Shown in pieces: positions 12,311 through 25,005 of a DNA stretch of 64,000 bases; position 1 is the stretch's first letter; every line of letters starts with the position of its first letter. The notes under the pieces are model-generated. The model saw nothing but the letters and a program-made list of their open reading frames with translations, searched no databases and was not told where the DNA came from. Source of the DNA: Saccostrea echinata (taxonomy: Eukaryota); assembly GCF_033153115.1 (NCBI RefSeq), contig NW_026889796.1, positions 7,130,001 to 7,194,000 of the forward strand, given 5' to 3'. The position numbers and the translations under genes were made by a program.

Positions 12311-14370
12311 TCGAGATTTTCAAAGAATTGTTCCTGACAATAATGCTAAAATATGTCTTTAAGAACCCTCCCTAGAATTCTAATTCTATGATACTTCTTT
12401 GCAGATAGAATGATCTGTCCTTTGATGTGAACACTGTGTGACAGTATTTGTGTATTTTTTAAGTGACGGGGTATTCTAAAAATTAGAAATAGTTGGAAAC
12501 GTGATTTAAATGTATCTTCCCCATTTTAGTAAGCAAAAGTACAGGTAGTTTGTATTAATTATGAAAATTGTCTGTGAAATTTTTCATCAAAATATGTTAA
12601 TTTGACAAAATAAAGATTACAAGAATATTTTAAGTATTGAATTTAAGGTGAAATATCCGCTCCAAATTTCACCATTGTTTCTTTAAATTCCCAACATTGA
12701 TTTTTATTAACAACAAATGCATTAGATTCAAATGGAAAATAGTTTGAAGTATAGAGCTTTGGTTACTTTTTCAGAAATGAATATTATGTCTACTCATGAA
12801 GAAAATTTGATATGGTGATTAGAAAGATCTACAATTTTTATCTCACCATAAGATTAAAAATATGAGGTATATATGAAAATAATATTTAGTATCATACCTA
12901 TCTAATTCACGTTAAGAAACATAATGAAGCGCTACTTTTTAAACCAGAGTATCACATTGTTTTCTTTGCTTGTAAAATAAAAAAGCATCCATCTACAAGA
13001 GTTATTTTTCAATCTACAGGAGTTATCATTATTCAAAATATTTTTTACTGAAAAATATTAATTAATTCATTACAAAAATTCTGCATCTGAAATTTCTGTA
13101 ACAATTAACAGAAATATATGTTAAGAGATAGAAATATCTCAAATTTAACAGTTTAAATGAACTGAGTGTAAACGTTTTAAGTAAAATATAATAGGAAATT
13201 AATAAAAATATTGGCAATAGAAAATAGAAATCAATATGTATAACAATGTTCGGATTTGAATGAGTTGACTATATAATAGTCCTCAATATTTAACCCTGGT
13301 AAGACAATTCATTTAATTGCTTTGAATAATTTCTTTGAAAGTTTTCTCTCTTATCAGATGAATATTACACCTTAATAAATACCAAAATTATTGTTTTCAG
13401 TCGTTTCGAGGTATTTGGTCATATCCAGTTTCAGGGGGGAAGGGATGACCTCCAAAGATCATGAACTATGTACTTATTTAATGCGCCATGANNNNNNNNN
13501 NNNNNNNNNNNNNNNNNNNNNNNNNNNNNNNNNNNNNNNNNNNNNNNNNNNNNNNNNNNNNNNNNNNNNNNNNNNNNNNNNNNNNNNNNNNNNNNNNNNN
13601 NNNNNNNNNNNNNNNNNNNNNNNNNNNNNNNNNNNNNNNNNNNNNNNNNNNNNNNNNNNNNNNNCGTGCACGGGTTGACATTGATATGAATGCATCCATG
13701 TGCATATCGGACATTTACCAATGGCATCCTAAGTAGGAAAGTATGAACTTGAAAGTACTTCTTGCTGCAATAATGAAGCCTTTTCATGGGGGGGGGGGGT
13801 TACAACTCATTTTGGATCATACCATATCATTTCCATTTTTAATTGAAATCATACAATGTAATCAGAAACATTTTAAAATAAATGTTTTTGATGTAATTAT
13901 TCAAAGCATTTTTTTTTTCAAAATATTTAGTAAAGTCTGAGTTTACCAAACTTTAAAGTTTATTGACCTTGACCGATTTTATTTTCGGACAGCCAATGAG
14001 AATTTGGGAGAGGATCTTGATCTGAATATGGGAATTTTTCTTACTTCATACGTAAATAATGCAGCAAAAATAAAAAAAAAAATACCTCATAAACATTTAT
14101 ATATCTGTCTAGTGATAACAAAAGTTAATCTTCTGCAGAATTAAACGTTTTCAATCAAAAGTCATTACATCACACTGTCATGGCTGCTGAAGAAGACAAC
14201 TTGTTTTCACGCTGGTGTATTTTTTCTTTTGACGATTAAATTAAACGTTAGTTTGTTTGCTACGATTAAATATAATTCATTTCATCAATGAATAAATATT
14301 CTTTATGATCTTAATTTTGTCCCACCTCATAGTTTTGAGATTTACTATGCATGGATTATATTTTACAAAT

Positions 14371-14546
14371 CATAGGCGTCGGAACCGGGGGGGGGGGGGG
14401 GGCTTAGCCCCCCTCCCCCACTTTTTTTCCAAAGATAGACATAGTATACTATAGGTATTGAAAATTGGGGCTTACCTTTTTTCGCTGGTTTAGCCCCTCC
14501 ACTTTCATTTAGCCACCCCACTTTCAACTTGCTTCCGACGCCTATG
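14371..14546. mobile_element. MITE with 14-bp TIRs
   Basis: CATAGGCGTCGGAA ... TTCCGACGCCTATG, flanked by a CAAAT direct repeat. Confidence 0.85.
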
Positions 14547-15496
14547 CAAATGATCGATATTTTAGCAGCATTGATAGAATGAACTGTTCGGGCCGCAAGG
14601 GCTGACTTCAGACTACCTATTAAGCGTAGTTACCACGACAACCTTTACATATTTAGAAGAACAGGCTGTCCCTTTTATATATAACGTCAGGGTCAGAGGT
14701 CATGTATTTACATAAGAAAGCTATAAGCCTACAATAATGCTATTAATTTCACTACACTCTCGTAAGAAATATAATGTGAATTTTATTGCATGGAATCAAA
14801 TATTTCTTTGCCCTTAGTTTATGTTTCATATTTACCGCGTTATAAATCTCAGCAGTGAAGGTAATAGCAAACATGGCGAACAAATTCAAGTTGCAATCAT
14901 TTAGACACATTTCAAATTGAAAATATCGGTTATATTGACGTTATTTGATTATTTCGAATTATTTCAAAGTTAAGAAATGAAAATAATGTTATTGTAATTT
15001 TTGGCGGAAAAAGAATGCCTACTTCGAATTCACAAAAATGTGATTCTAGCTGGAGTTGTAACACACACACCCCTTCCCCTAAAAAGAGCATAAAAGAAAG
15101 GAAGGATAAAATAAAATCGGGTAGTTATATTAATATTGCTCCTACGATCATGAGGTTTTTGCCTCCGTTGAGATGGCCAGAGTCGTAAATATATTCTGTT
15201 CATATAAAATAACAAATATATATCTACTTAGTACTTTTGGTGATTTAGCGTGAATGTAATGCGCACGCGCAAGATTGTAAAATACAAAAAATCCAGATGA
15301 TTTCCGGAATTTTTTGAGGAATTTTCGTTGATTATTAATTAGCGAAGCTTAATTGAGAAAAAAATAAAAACAAATTGGTAATCTTCAAGTACCAATGATG
15401 TTTAAAATATATAAAACAATAGACAGTAGTCTTCCGATTTATCGGTATTAAAGGCCAAAAATTCGAGTCTATTATTTTAATATAGTAGTATAGATA

Positions 15497-16672
15497 TACC
15501 GTATAACGGGTATTTTCTGCGGTTGGAAATTTTTGCGATTTAACCCCTAAAAGGTAGCAAATTAATTTCTGCGTTTTCAATTTCTGCGGTTGCATTATAC
15601 CGCAAAAAATATATACTGGGTATGATCACCAAACTCTAAGAATTATCAGATAGCTGCCATGTTTACGTTTTATAAATTCATTGAGACATATTGATCAAAG
15701 GTGCATGAGAACTGGTATTAAGCTATTTAGCTTAATTAAACTACTATCTTTTAGTTAGTCTTTGTACAATTATGTCGAGTCCCAATTGAAATGAATTATT
15801 ACAGTATCAGTCCACCCAAATAACAATAAAAATCTTTATTCTACATTGTAACAAACGTTTTATGCGATCTATTAAGATATTTAAATATATAGATAATTAA
15901 TGCATCCAAGCCATATTCTAAAAATACACTTATAGTTAATTGCCATCAAAATTAACCTGGTGTTTATATTTTAAGCTCAAACAAACAGTTGCATAATCAA
16001 GTAACCTAAAGTTGACCCTATATAATCGCAGGTGCCATGTGCAATGAGGCGTAACTAATCCTGTCAGTCGTCTGCATTGAGTGAAATTCACGAGACAATC
16101 AAGCCACATTGTGTATACAAGCAGTAATTATGGTCTCAAGATAAAACACAAGATTGAAAAAAAGTGTTAAAGAAAGAAAGAAAAGCTAATATGTGTTGTT
16201 TGCAGCTATCGGAGTTTGGACGAATAATTGCGAAATCTCTTTTAGTCATTTACATGTAGGCCTACATGCATATCCCTATAAAATAAAGAAATAGGTACAA
16301 GAAAAGATCTTTTGTATAAAATTATTAAATTGATATTATTTACAGGAACGTTTTGATTCAATATGTTTTGGACAAATCCTGAGTGACATCTAAAATCTTC
16401 GACTTTCGATGACACCCGAATATTCTCGCTAACGAGGACGTGTCCACTCATGAGTCTGCGGACGCATCGTTTTTAAGAACCTTGCGTCCCAAATAATTTT
16501 GCTGCGTCCAGTACGCAGCTTCTTGCGTTAATGAGAATCCTGTGACATACGCACAACTTATCATACTTGCATGTATAAAATATATATCTGAAGAAATATT
16601 GAAAAATATTTTGCGATTGTAATTTTTGCGGATTTGTCCTATCCGCAAAATTCCGCAAAAATTGGACAACCG
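15497..16672. mobile_element. Non-autonomous DNA transposon (right end in gap)
   Basis: Starts TACCGTATAACGGGTATTTTCTGCGG with ttttgcg subterminal repeats; mirrored ccgcaaaa repeats before the N-run. Confidence 0.55.
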
Positions 16673-17921
16673 NNNNNNNNNNNNNNNNNNNNNNNNNNNN
16701 NNNNNNNNNNNNNNNNNNNNNNNNNNNNNNNNNNNNNNNNNNNNNNNNNNNNNNNNNNNNNNNNNNNNNNNNNNNNNNNNNNNNNNNNNNNNNNNNNNNN
16801 NNNNNNNNNNNNNNNNNNNNNNNNNNNNNNNNNNNNNNNNNNTAGCATTCAACTGTTTTCAAGATATTTGGCCATTTCTTTTTCTTTCTTTCTTTTTTTT
16901 TTTTGGGGGGGGGGGTACCTTCAAGGTTCATGACCTATATCATGACACAAAGAACAAGATTATATATGTTTAAGGGTAAAGCTTAAATGTTTTGTGATAT
17001 TTGACCATTACCAGTGGGAATGACCTTCAGGGGCCATTACCTATATACCATTTTAATAGTCATGATACAAGGTTAATATATATATATCTGGTTCAAGGTA
17101 AAACTTTCATTTGAGACACATGTATTCGGCCTCCCTTGCAGATTGTTCGTTCCTCTCTCAGACATGCAGTAAATGTATGACCTGATGGAAGAGAGTAAAC
17201 TTCTATTGTCAGTTAGTCCCTAAACACATTTAAATGCATTTAAAACATTATACAACTTTTCACTTAACACCGCAAAAAATAAATTGTTTATGAAATAATC
17301 AATCATGTTAGTAACACAAATTAGAGAGCTTGGTAAAACGAGTACTACTGTAATTTGGGAAGGGTGTTTGTCTAGATATTCCAAAGAGGGGGTATATTAG
17401 CCAAATATAATAGGAAAACATACGACTTTTGGATGTGTATATTTAGGCCAAGTCAATCTGCGTCACCAGGATAGGTTTGAAAGCCCCCCACCCCAATATA
17501 TATATCTTCTGATATGTTTTTTTTCTTAAATATCGTTTTGGCATTTAAAATTTTCGATTTCAAAATTGCTTCAAAGTAGAAATATTACCTTGCAACAACA
17601 TGAACAGATTCATCGACTTCCGAATAGAGACTTTTTTAAACAGAAAAAATTGAAAAACTTACACACGAGGCCTAATTGCCACATGCTCACCTAAGCATTT
17701 TTTGCCCAATTTAATACATGTAAGATTTGAGACTTAAAATGTTGAAATCATCAAATTAACCGTTATATATTGGCTCAGAAAAGAAAATGCATCTTTTTTT
17801 CAAGTATTTTTCTGCAATGAAAATTGAAAATGTCATTTTGGCATCTAAAATTTTCAATTTCATCAAAATTGTTCCGAGCATTTTCTGCAAGAAAAAATTG
17901 AAGTTCGATACCTTGTTACAG

Positions 17922-18059
17922 TTTGTTGGCCAGGTACCCACGGTAAAAACTGTAAGGAAGATTGTCCTAACGGAAGATATGGACTTCTCTGTAAAGAAGT
18001 TTGCAGCTGCTCATCCTGCGACAAAGTTGTAGGATGCCAGCCGAACATAACTCATCTGG
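17922..18059 (+). CDS. Unit B EGF-like exon (8 Cys)
   Basis: ttgttacAG|TT TGT TGG CCA GGT...CTG G|GTaact; phase 1-1, open frame, CxPGxxGxxC..CPxGxYGxxC..CxCxxC...GC pattern. Confidence 0.85.
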
Positions 18060-18710
18060 GTAACTTTTTTTTTTTCTAGATTTCTAGAAATTTCAGTTTA
18101 TATTAGGAAAGAAACAAACCAGGGGTCAATATCAAAAGCACATATTTTATGATTAATACACGACATCTAATGGAGTAACAAAAGTATTTCGATATTTTTA
18201 TCAAACGTAGAGCTACATATACTAAGATATATGCTCCTCTATGAAAAACTGTTGCTGAAATATTTCTTAGTTTTTGTGGCGGAAAGATCATTTTCTGCTT
18301 TTCATTATACAATAATGCTGAGCAATATAGACTTTAAACTTTTTTTCACATGGGATTATTTATTCTCCCAAGAACTATTACAGTTATTTATTAAATTGAA
18401 ATCCACTTCCTCTCTCATAATTATGACAATTATTTGTAAGTGAAAATATCATTAAGGCTTAAAAAATTAATAATGCTTTAACAAGAAAATGACCATTAAT
18501 TTCTATTTCTATAATGTTTTATGACAATGCAGCAGCATAATTCTTACCAAATATTTCTCATTAATGATTATTAATGTTTTCATTGAATGATCTCGATTTA
18601 ATTCTCACACATATCTGAATGTATTTCTGTGAAAGGTACAGCCCTCAATTGCAGTTTCACTTTAGTTTGATACTTTATAAGACTAGTACTATGGAACTAG
18701 CCAACATGCA

Positions 18711-19499
18711 TACTGTAAACGTGGTTATTTCACGAGTTGAAAAATTGACAATTTTTTTGTTTACGGAAATTGACGAGTGTTAATTTTGACGAAATATTGA
18801 AGCAAGAGTTATGTATATCTTTGATTTCACAAGATTAAACAAAAATAAATACAAAGAACTCTTAAAAATCGAGTTTCAAAACTAGTACTCAGAGTAAGTT
18901 CGCCAGACGCTAGAGGACCAAAAACTTGATGGAAACATTGGCTTAGTTGACTTGATAACGTCTACGATTAAGCCGCTCTTTGCGATATTGGTCCTGAAAG
19001 TTCATGATGTTATAAGCAAGGACCGCGACTTCCTCGGGAACTCGTTTACAAGCGTTCTCATCAATAAAATTTAATTTTGCTTGTAAAAGCCATTTCACAG
19101 TGTACAAGATTTGATTGAATTAATTGTTCTTTTGTATTTTGTTTTATTAAACGACACCGATTGCCTGAAGTGACAAAGTAGGTCAAACACGGCGTGATAA
19201 TTACGCAAAGTCAGAATGTTGTGACCATGGGTAATAATAGTATATGACATACTCAATGGTTTTTAAAACTGTGATTATATGTTTTCATAACTTTTTTCAA
19301 AAATATTAAACAGTAACTTTGATTTAGTTTTTATGGGGGAAGTCGAGAAAATTAAGCGGTAAAGTTGTACAACGGTCAATGTCTATTGTGACGCTATATA
19401 TATGCTATGAAGTTTGACGAGGGGAAATTTTGACGAGAAGAGAAAAATCGTCAATATAGTCAAAATTAGCACGTCGTCAAAATTTCCACGTTTTCAGTA
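18711..19499. mobile_element. TA-flanked MITE in a unit B intron
   Basis: TIRs TACTGTAAACGTGG ... CCACGTTTTCAGTA with ttgacg/cgtcaa subterminal repeats. Confidence 0.75.
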
Positions 19500-20446
19500 C
19501 TAGTTTCAATCAAATTGATTTAACTTTTCCCTATACTATCTACGGATAAAAATTTCTTCATTTTTAGAATAACCTAAACTTCGGCTAAGAAGAAAATATT
19601 TGTATGAAAAGATTTTTCTCCGTTAAAGTAAATGCAAACTTACGGATCATATCACTGAAAAGAAAAGAAAAATGGAACATGCATTCGGTGACTTTTCTAT
19701 TCTTACAATTTAATTCAGAACCAACAGGAGAAGACAATGATGTACCATGGCATATTGTTTCATCCCTTGCTGGAGGGTTTAGTCTGATATTTGTTTTTTC
19801 TCGTACACTGCTCATTAAGGTAAAACTTTTGTTATGTTTTTCTGCATGAAGTAAAATTACTCTCAGTTCACTGGGGTTAAATTATCTATATTTTTTTTTA
19901 TTATGAAGTCCATTTCCTTTTCAACTACATGTATCACCCAGAGGCAGATTAAATATTGATTTCAGATTTTTTTCTGTTAAATTATAAAGGAATTAGAATC
20001 AATTAAAATTAAAGTTGTTTCTTGATAGGCTACAAAAACGTATAATTCTTTGAATAAAAATTCTTTTTTTTTTTTTGCTAATTTAAAAGCGTAGCAACTT
20101 CCGGAATAGGATATATCTTATCGTCTTTCCTATCAGATATGTATAAAGTACTAAGTTGTTTTAAACATTGTATATTGTGCTGCTTCGGTTCATATCTATG
20201 AGGGATATTGTTCTTACAGAAAACGGCTTTCGAAATCAGATTCAAAGGAAGAAAAAGGTAAATCATTTTTCTTTTCTTTTTTGCATTACGAGATTAGCCA
20301 AAAAGACACAAAAATAATATCCACGAAAATAGATTGAGGATTAACAGTGTAATTGAAGACGTTTTTAAATCGACTGAAACAAACGATTTGTAAATTTTCA
20401 CTCCATATTTAAGAAAATTTGTATATATGCTTTATTTAAACAACAG

Positions 20447-20667
20447 AACAGTGTAATTTGCATAATTCACCAGAATCTAAGAAGGGCTGGAAGAGAAACG
20501 AAGACGTTCCTCCATATATTCCATCAAATAACATCATCAATTGTCCAAACAGTTTAAGGGGCAATGACAGCAACGAACCAAGCAATGCAGAACATGTTTA
20601 TGGCCACCTTGACATGGATTTAGGACCTTATGATACATTGAATAAAATGCGGAAAGTTCAGAAATAA
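20447..20667 (+). CDS. Unit B terminal exon: cytoplasmic tail with ITAM
   Basis: caacAG|AA CAG TGT; in frame with ORF 20458..20667; contains YGHL-x6-YDTL; PYDTLN is shared with the unit D tail. Confidence 0.75.
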
Positions 20668-20798
20668 TACTGTTACTATTAAAAAAAAATCTACATTTCC
20701 ACACTTACACAGTTGTAAAGATTAATTAATCAACTATCTTATATATTAAGAACATCATTTAAAAAAAATCAGCAAAAAATTTTTAATCATGTTTATTA

Positions 20799-20833
<35 letters not shown>

Positions 20834-22977
20834 AAATAGAAATGCAAATCATTTCAGAAAAAAATGTATTCAATTTTTAACAAAGTAGAAGTGGATGGTT
20901 TACTTCTTATGATATTTAAAAAAATGAAGGTGGGGACACTAAAAAATAAAACATTAAGAAGCGTTTTCGAAATTTCAAAACAACCACTGAATATATCTGA
21001 TATGCTTTGATAGATTTGTAAAATATAGATTATATTAAAATATATTAAAACATGGACAAAATTAATTCATGTACAGCCTTGCTCCTTCGAGAAAAATGTT
21101 AGGGATAAAAATATATGTAATTCAATCATAATACTTCACAATGTCAAAGGCATTCCAAAATGTTTTCATTCTGTAAAAAATAAAAAAAAAATATTACATG
21201 TATGTTTTACAGTGTAATTTTTCACTTTATGATTGGTTGTATGTCTATAAAATGTTTGCTATATGTTCTGTAATAGTCATATTGTATGAACGTGCATGAA
21301 TTCAACACACTTGAAGACTATTAAAAAGGAAACGGCATTTTGCAATGTTAAAAGCATTTTTAATCTATATTTCTTTCTGTAATTATTTTTAACTATTACT
21401 CTTTAAAATATAGAGAATGACCATTTACTTTTGTGCGGATTGTCCACTGCTGGTACAATAATTATGCACAGGAAGTAAATCAATTCATTTTTGAGAGAGA
21501 AACAGACTTTTAAATTGAAAATACTTAACAAAGGAAGAGTATGTGTTTCACCTAAAAATAAATACTAAAAAAATTAAGTTCTTCCTGTTAATATTTTGGG
21601 CTAACAAGTACACAATGTGTTTCATGAAAATGGAAGTGACGTAAAATGTACAGAACATCAAACATCAGGGAGTACTAAAAAAAAGGAATACGAAAGCCAA
21701 TAAAGCTCATTAGAGATTCGAAATATGAAAATCGAAATACAAGAATCGAATTTTTATATGCAATATCTTAATAAACCAATCAGGGGGCGAATTCAATTTA
21801 ACAATAAAATGCCTTTTTGGTTATTAGTATAGGAATTAATGTTGCAGCTGTTGCAGAAAAAAAAAACATAACCCGCGAAAGCGTTATGTTTCATGTTGAC
21901 GTGATGTGCAGTATACTAAGATGCAAAAAATTCTAAAATTAGGGTTGATTTTGATGTGAAATTATTTTCTTTTTGGATCAAACATAAACACTTTGAATAT
22001 GAAATAGATTAGGTGGATTGAAAATAAGCTTGCATAGAATTTCAATCCAATGTTTTCTCAGACGTCCATGTCGAATTGCACCGCCCATTTTACTCTCTAT
22101 CATCAAATATTTTGACGGCAATTACGTTAGCTACATATTTACAATCCTGCAAGTAAATGTTCTGCGGTCTTAAAATAATTGCTTTAAAAGCGTAAATACG
22201 CTTATTTTTAAGATACTGTGTAAAAATAGAGTACATGTACATGCATTGCGCATTGGCAACCCTAGCCCCCTTTTAAATACACAAATGCACACGAACAAAT
22301 GGATTAATCGTTTCTGTTTCTTGAACCCTGTATGAAGTGTATTCAAATTTAAATTAATTATTACCTTGTAGTTCTGGACGTAATTTTGATGGCAAAAGTC
22401 TATGAAACAGCCTATAGATCAATATTTGTTAAATTTGTAAATTCGTGACTAAATTATTAATGAACTTCTATGAGGAGGGTACCTGACTTGTAAAGTCATA
22501 ACCTCTTTAACAGTAAATATATGAAAATTAATGACCCTCCTTTAAAGGACTACAGTATACTAAACCTAACTGTATTTAAGAGATTAGAATGTCAAATTGA
22601 CATGTACATGAACTTACAAACAAAACATCCTCTTTTAGTATAATATCTTCCTTAATAAAAGAAAATGTTTAAAATAAACTTAATGACACCAATTAGTATA
22701 AATCTATACATTTTTCAAGTGATACTTTAATCAATATCGACGAGTCCATTGTAAAATAAAGCCTATCCTGAGTCAGATAAAATACACACAAAAATTCAAA
22801 TGTATTAAACATCTTTAGCTCAACACTTCCTGATTGTATCTTTGTATATTCCTGTGAAAGATTTTAACAAAAGTAATCTCCCATATCACATTGCATATAA
22901 ACTCAAGGGCTAAAAAAGACTGCATAAATGTGGTATTTAAGGACAGTAAAACCTTTCACGCAACTAATATTTTTTTA

Positions 22978-23561
22978 ATGGAGTGGTATTCATCCATCCT
23001 TTTCTTATTCTTGAAGTTATTTCTCGTGTTGCCATACATTTCATCAAATAACGAAACAGGAGTTTGCTCTAGGAATCATCTTGGGTTTGTACATATATTT
23101 TAATTTTTCCATTATGCATTATGCAGGTGTAACGGAAAGTCCTAAAAACAAATAGATTATATTATAATGAATTGTCTATAATTCCGGAAAAAGTTGGGGC
23201 GACAAATCATTATTGTACCAACTGTTATTTTGTTCTCGAGCTCATATATGGCTTGGACAATCTTAACGTAACTTAGTAGAAATGATAATCGCTTAATTTA
23301 TTTGTGTATTCAACATTTCAAATTTCAAAATGGTAACCATAACCACTGATGGAATCAGACTTTATAGAAACAATCTAAATTTCATTTTTTTCAGTAACTG
23401 TCCAGCCAATCTTTTTACAATTTGAAAGAATTATTCCCTGCATCAAATCAAATCGTTTTTATAATGTTTGCAAAAGGAAACATTCTATTTTTTTCCTTTC
23501 TATCCTAGAGAAACACTTGATTGCTGTCCAAATTACCGAAAAGTTGGACCAAAATGTGAAG
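22978..23561 (+). CDS. Unit C: partial paralog; intact signal exon plus CCxNY micro-exon, EGF exon deleted, no TM exon seen
   Basis: Exon 22978-23084 MEWYSSILFLFLKLFLVLPYISSNNETGVCSRNHLG|gtttgt; exon 23509-23561 ETLDCCPNYRKVGPKCE|gtatga. Lies in a block duplicated with unit D. Confidence 0.75.
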
Positions 23562-24910
23562 GTATGATACATGGAATCCATTATCAATAAGTATAGTATC
23601 TAACAGTGATATACTTTACTTTGTAAGGAAATAAACATCTTAATAGAGAGGCCATTATTTCATTCATGGTCATAGAAGATAAGTTCTGATTGAGGCAATA
23701 TAACAATTTTCTTGTCCTGTACATCAATTAATTTTTTTTATAACACTATACATTCTTTAGTATGAATTTCTTTTCGAATCAAATTTAACGATTTGAAATT
23801 AGAATTTAGCTACATCTGCATAATTATTAAAAATACCAAATGCTGACTGTAAAATAAGGTGTTGAAGGATAAAGTTTATATTATTTTAACTATCAAGCAT
23901 CCATGATTAAAAATAATAATTGATATTTATCTACAAAATATAAATTAAAAAAAAAAATTAGCATTTTCTGTCATTCTTGTTATACCTATGTACATGTATC
24001 ATTTGCTTTGATTAATATAATATTTACCTACAAATCAGTTATGCTGTCGTAAAGTGCATTAAAAAAAGTGCATGAAAGCCAACCATCAAAATCTTATTAT
24101 TTATGGCCAGTATTCATCCCATAAAAGTTTTAACTTTTTCGTAAATGAGGTTTTTTTTCTTCATTGAAATAAAAAGGTTTGCTTGTTGATTTTGATTTTC
24201 ATATTGATGTTTACTGTAAATAATTTAAAAGTAATTATTTTAAATTATTATAAGTCATTAATCCAAGATCCAAAATGTAAGATCACGTAATGGGTTGTTT
24301 GTGCTATTTGTCAGGATATTTATAAATTTTGTACCATTTATTTAATACACAATTTACATCAATGTTTCTTGAAGAACTTGATGATCTTAATCATTTCCAT
24401 TAAATGAATATTGATACAAATATACTAGTATTTATATTTACTCAGGATTTTCCCCCAAAAATGTAAACAACGTTTACAACTTTGAAAATTCAAACTTATG
24501 TCAATTAAAAAAGAAGAAAAAAACCTGCGTAACATATCAAAATGACATTGGAGACAGAGGAAATATGAATCCATTTTTATAACGTTTTATGCTGGATCGA
24601 ATTTGATGCAAATGGCGTCATCACACAAGTTCCCGGCCCACAGGAGTTTCTTATTGAATGTGTTATTCCCATAAAACCTGAAATTCAAGATTTTTAAATG
24701 GTTTTTACTATGACAGAAAAAGAAAGTTGCGTAAGCAATGAGAAACTTGTTTAGCCCGTCTACGACGTTTTGGGACACCCCTCGTATTATCAATATTTTG
24801 AAAAATTAAAATCTTAGAGATACAGTAACTCACTTCCATTCTCAATGACCATGTAGTGTAGGGCAGCGCCGCGAGAATTCCATCGGCATCGAAAGCAAGT
24901 TTTTTGACTT

Positions 24911-25005
24911 GCCTAGATAGCCGAGCGGTCTAGCGCGATGTTCCTATATTGCTACAGTGTAGGAGACAGATTCCGTAGATCGAGAGTTCAACCCCGGGCT
25001 GGGGC
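24911..25005 (+). other. tRNA-like (pol III A/B-box) remnant inside a copy-C-specific insertion
   Basis: TAGCCGAGCGGTCTAGCGCG (A box/D arm) ... GAGTTCAACCCC (B box/T arm). Spacer too long and stems imperfect for a functional tRNA. Confidence 0.4.

Larger units (their letters stand above)
9570..20667 (+). pseudogene. Unit B: mini EMI/EGF type-I receptor with ITAM tail; two apparent +1 frameshifts (pseudogene, null allele or assembly error)
   Basis: Exons: ~9570-9665 (..INICLIFTLVSFFEKSNNHTPVDNRNCSR; ATG 9570 is 1 nt out of frame), 9764-9828 (SNIRDDLECCENYRRVDNKCE), 17922-18059 (CWPGTHGKNCKEDCPNGRYGLLCKEVCSCSSCDKVVGCQPNITHL), 19719-19819 (TM; 101 nt, 1 nt too long for the phase-2 end seen in paralogs), 20220-20257 (KRLSKSDSKEEK), 20447-20667 (..EHVYGHLDMDLGPYDTLNKMRKVQK*). 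All junctions GT-AG. Confidence 0.7.

Noticed and set aside
24911-25005. Functional tRNA gene (also the SINE heads at ~47240-47317 and ~56415-56490)
   Set aside because: Imperfect stems, no clean anticodon arm, and embedded in repeats.
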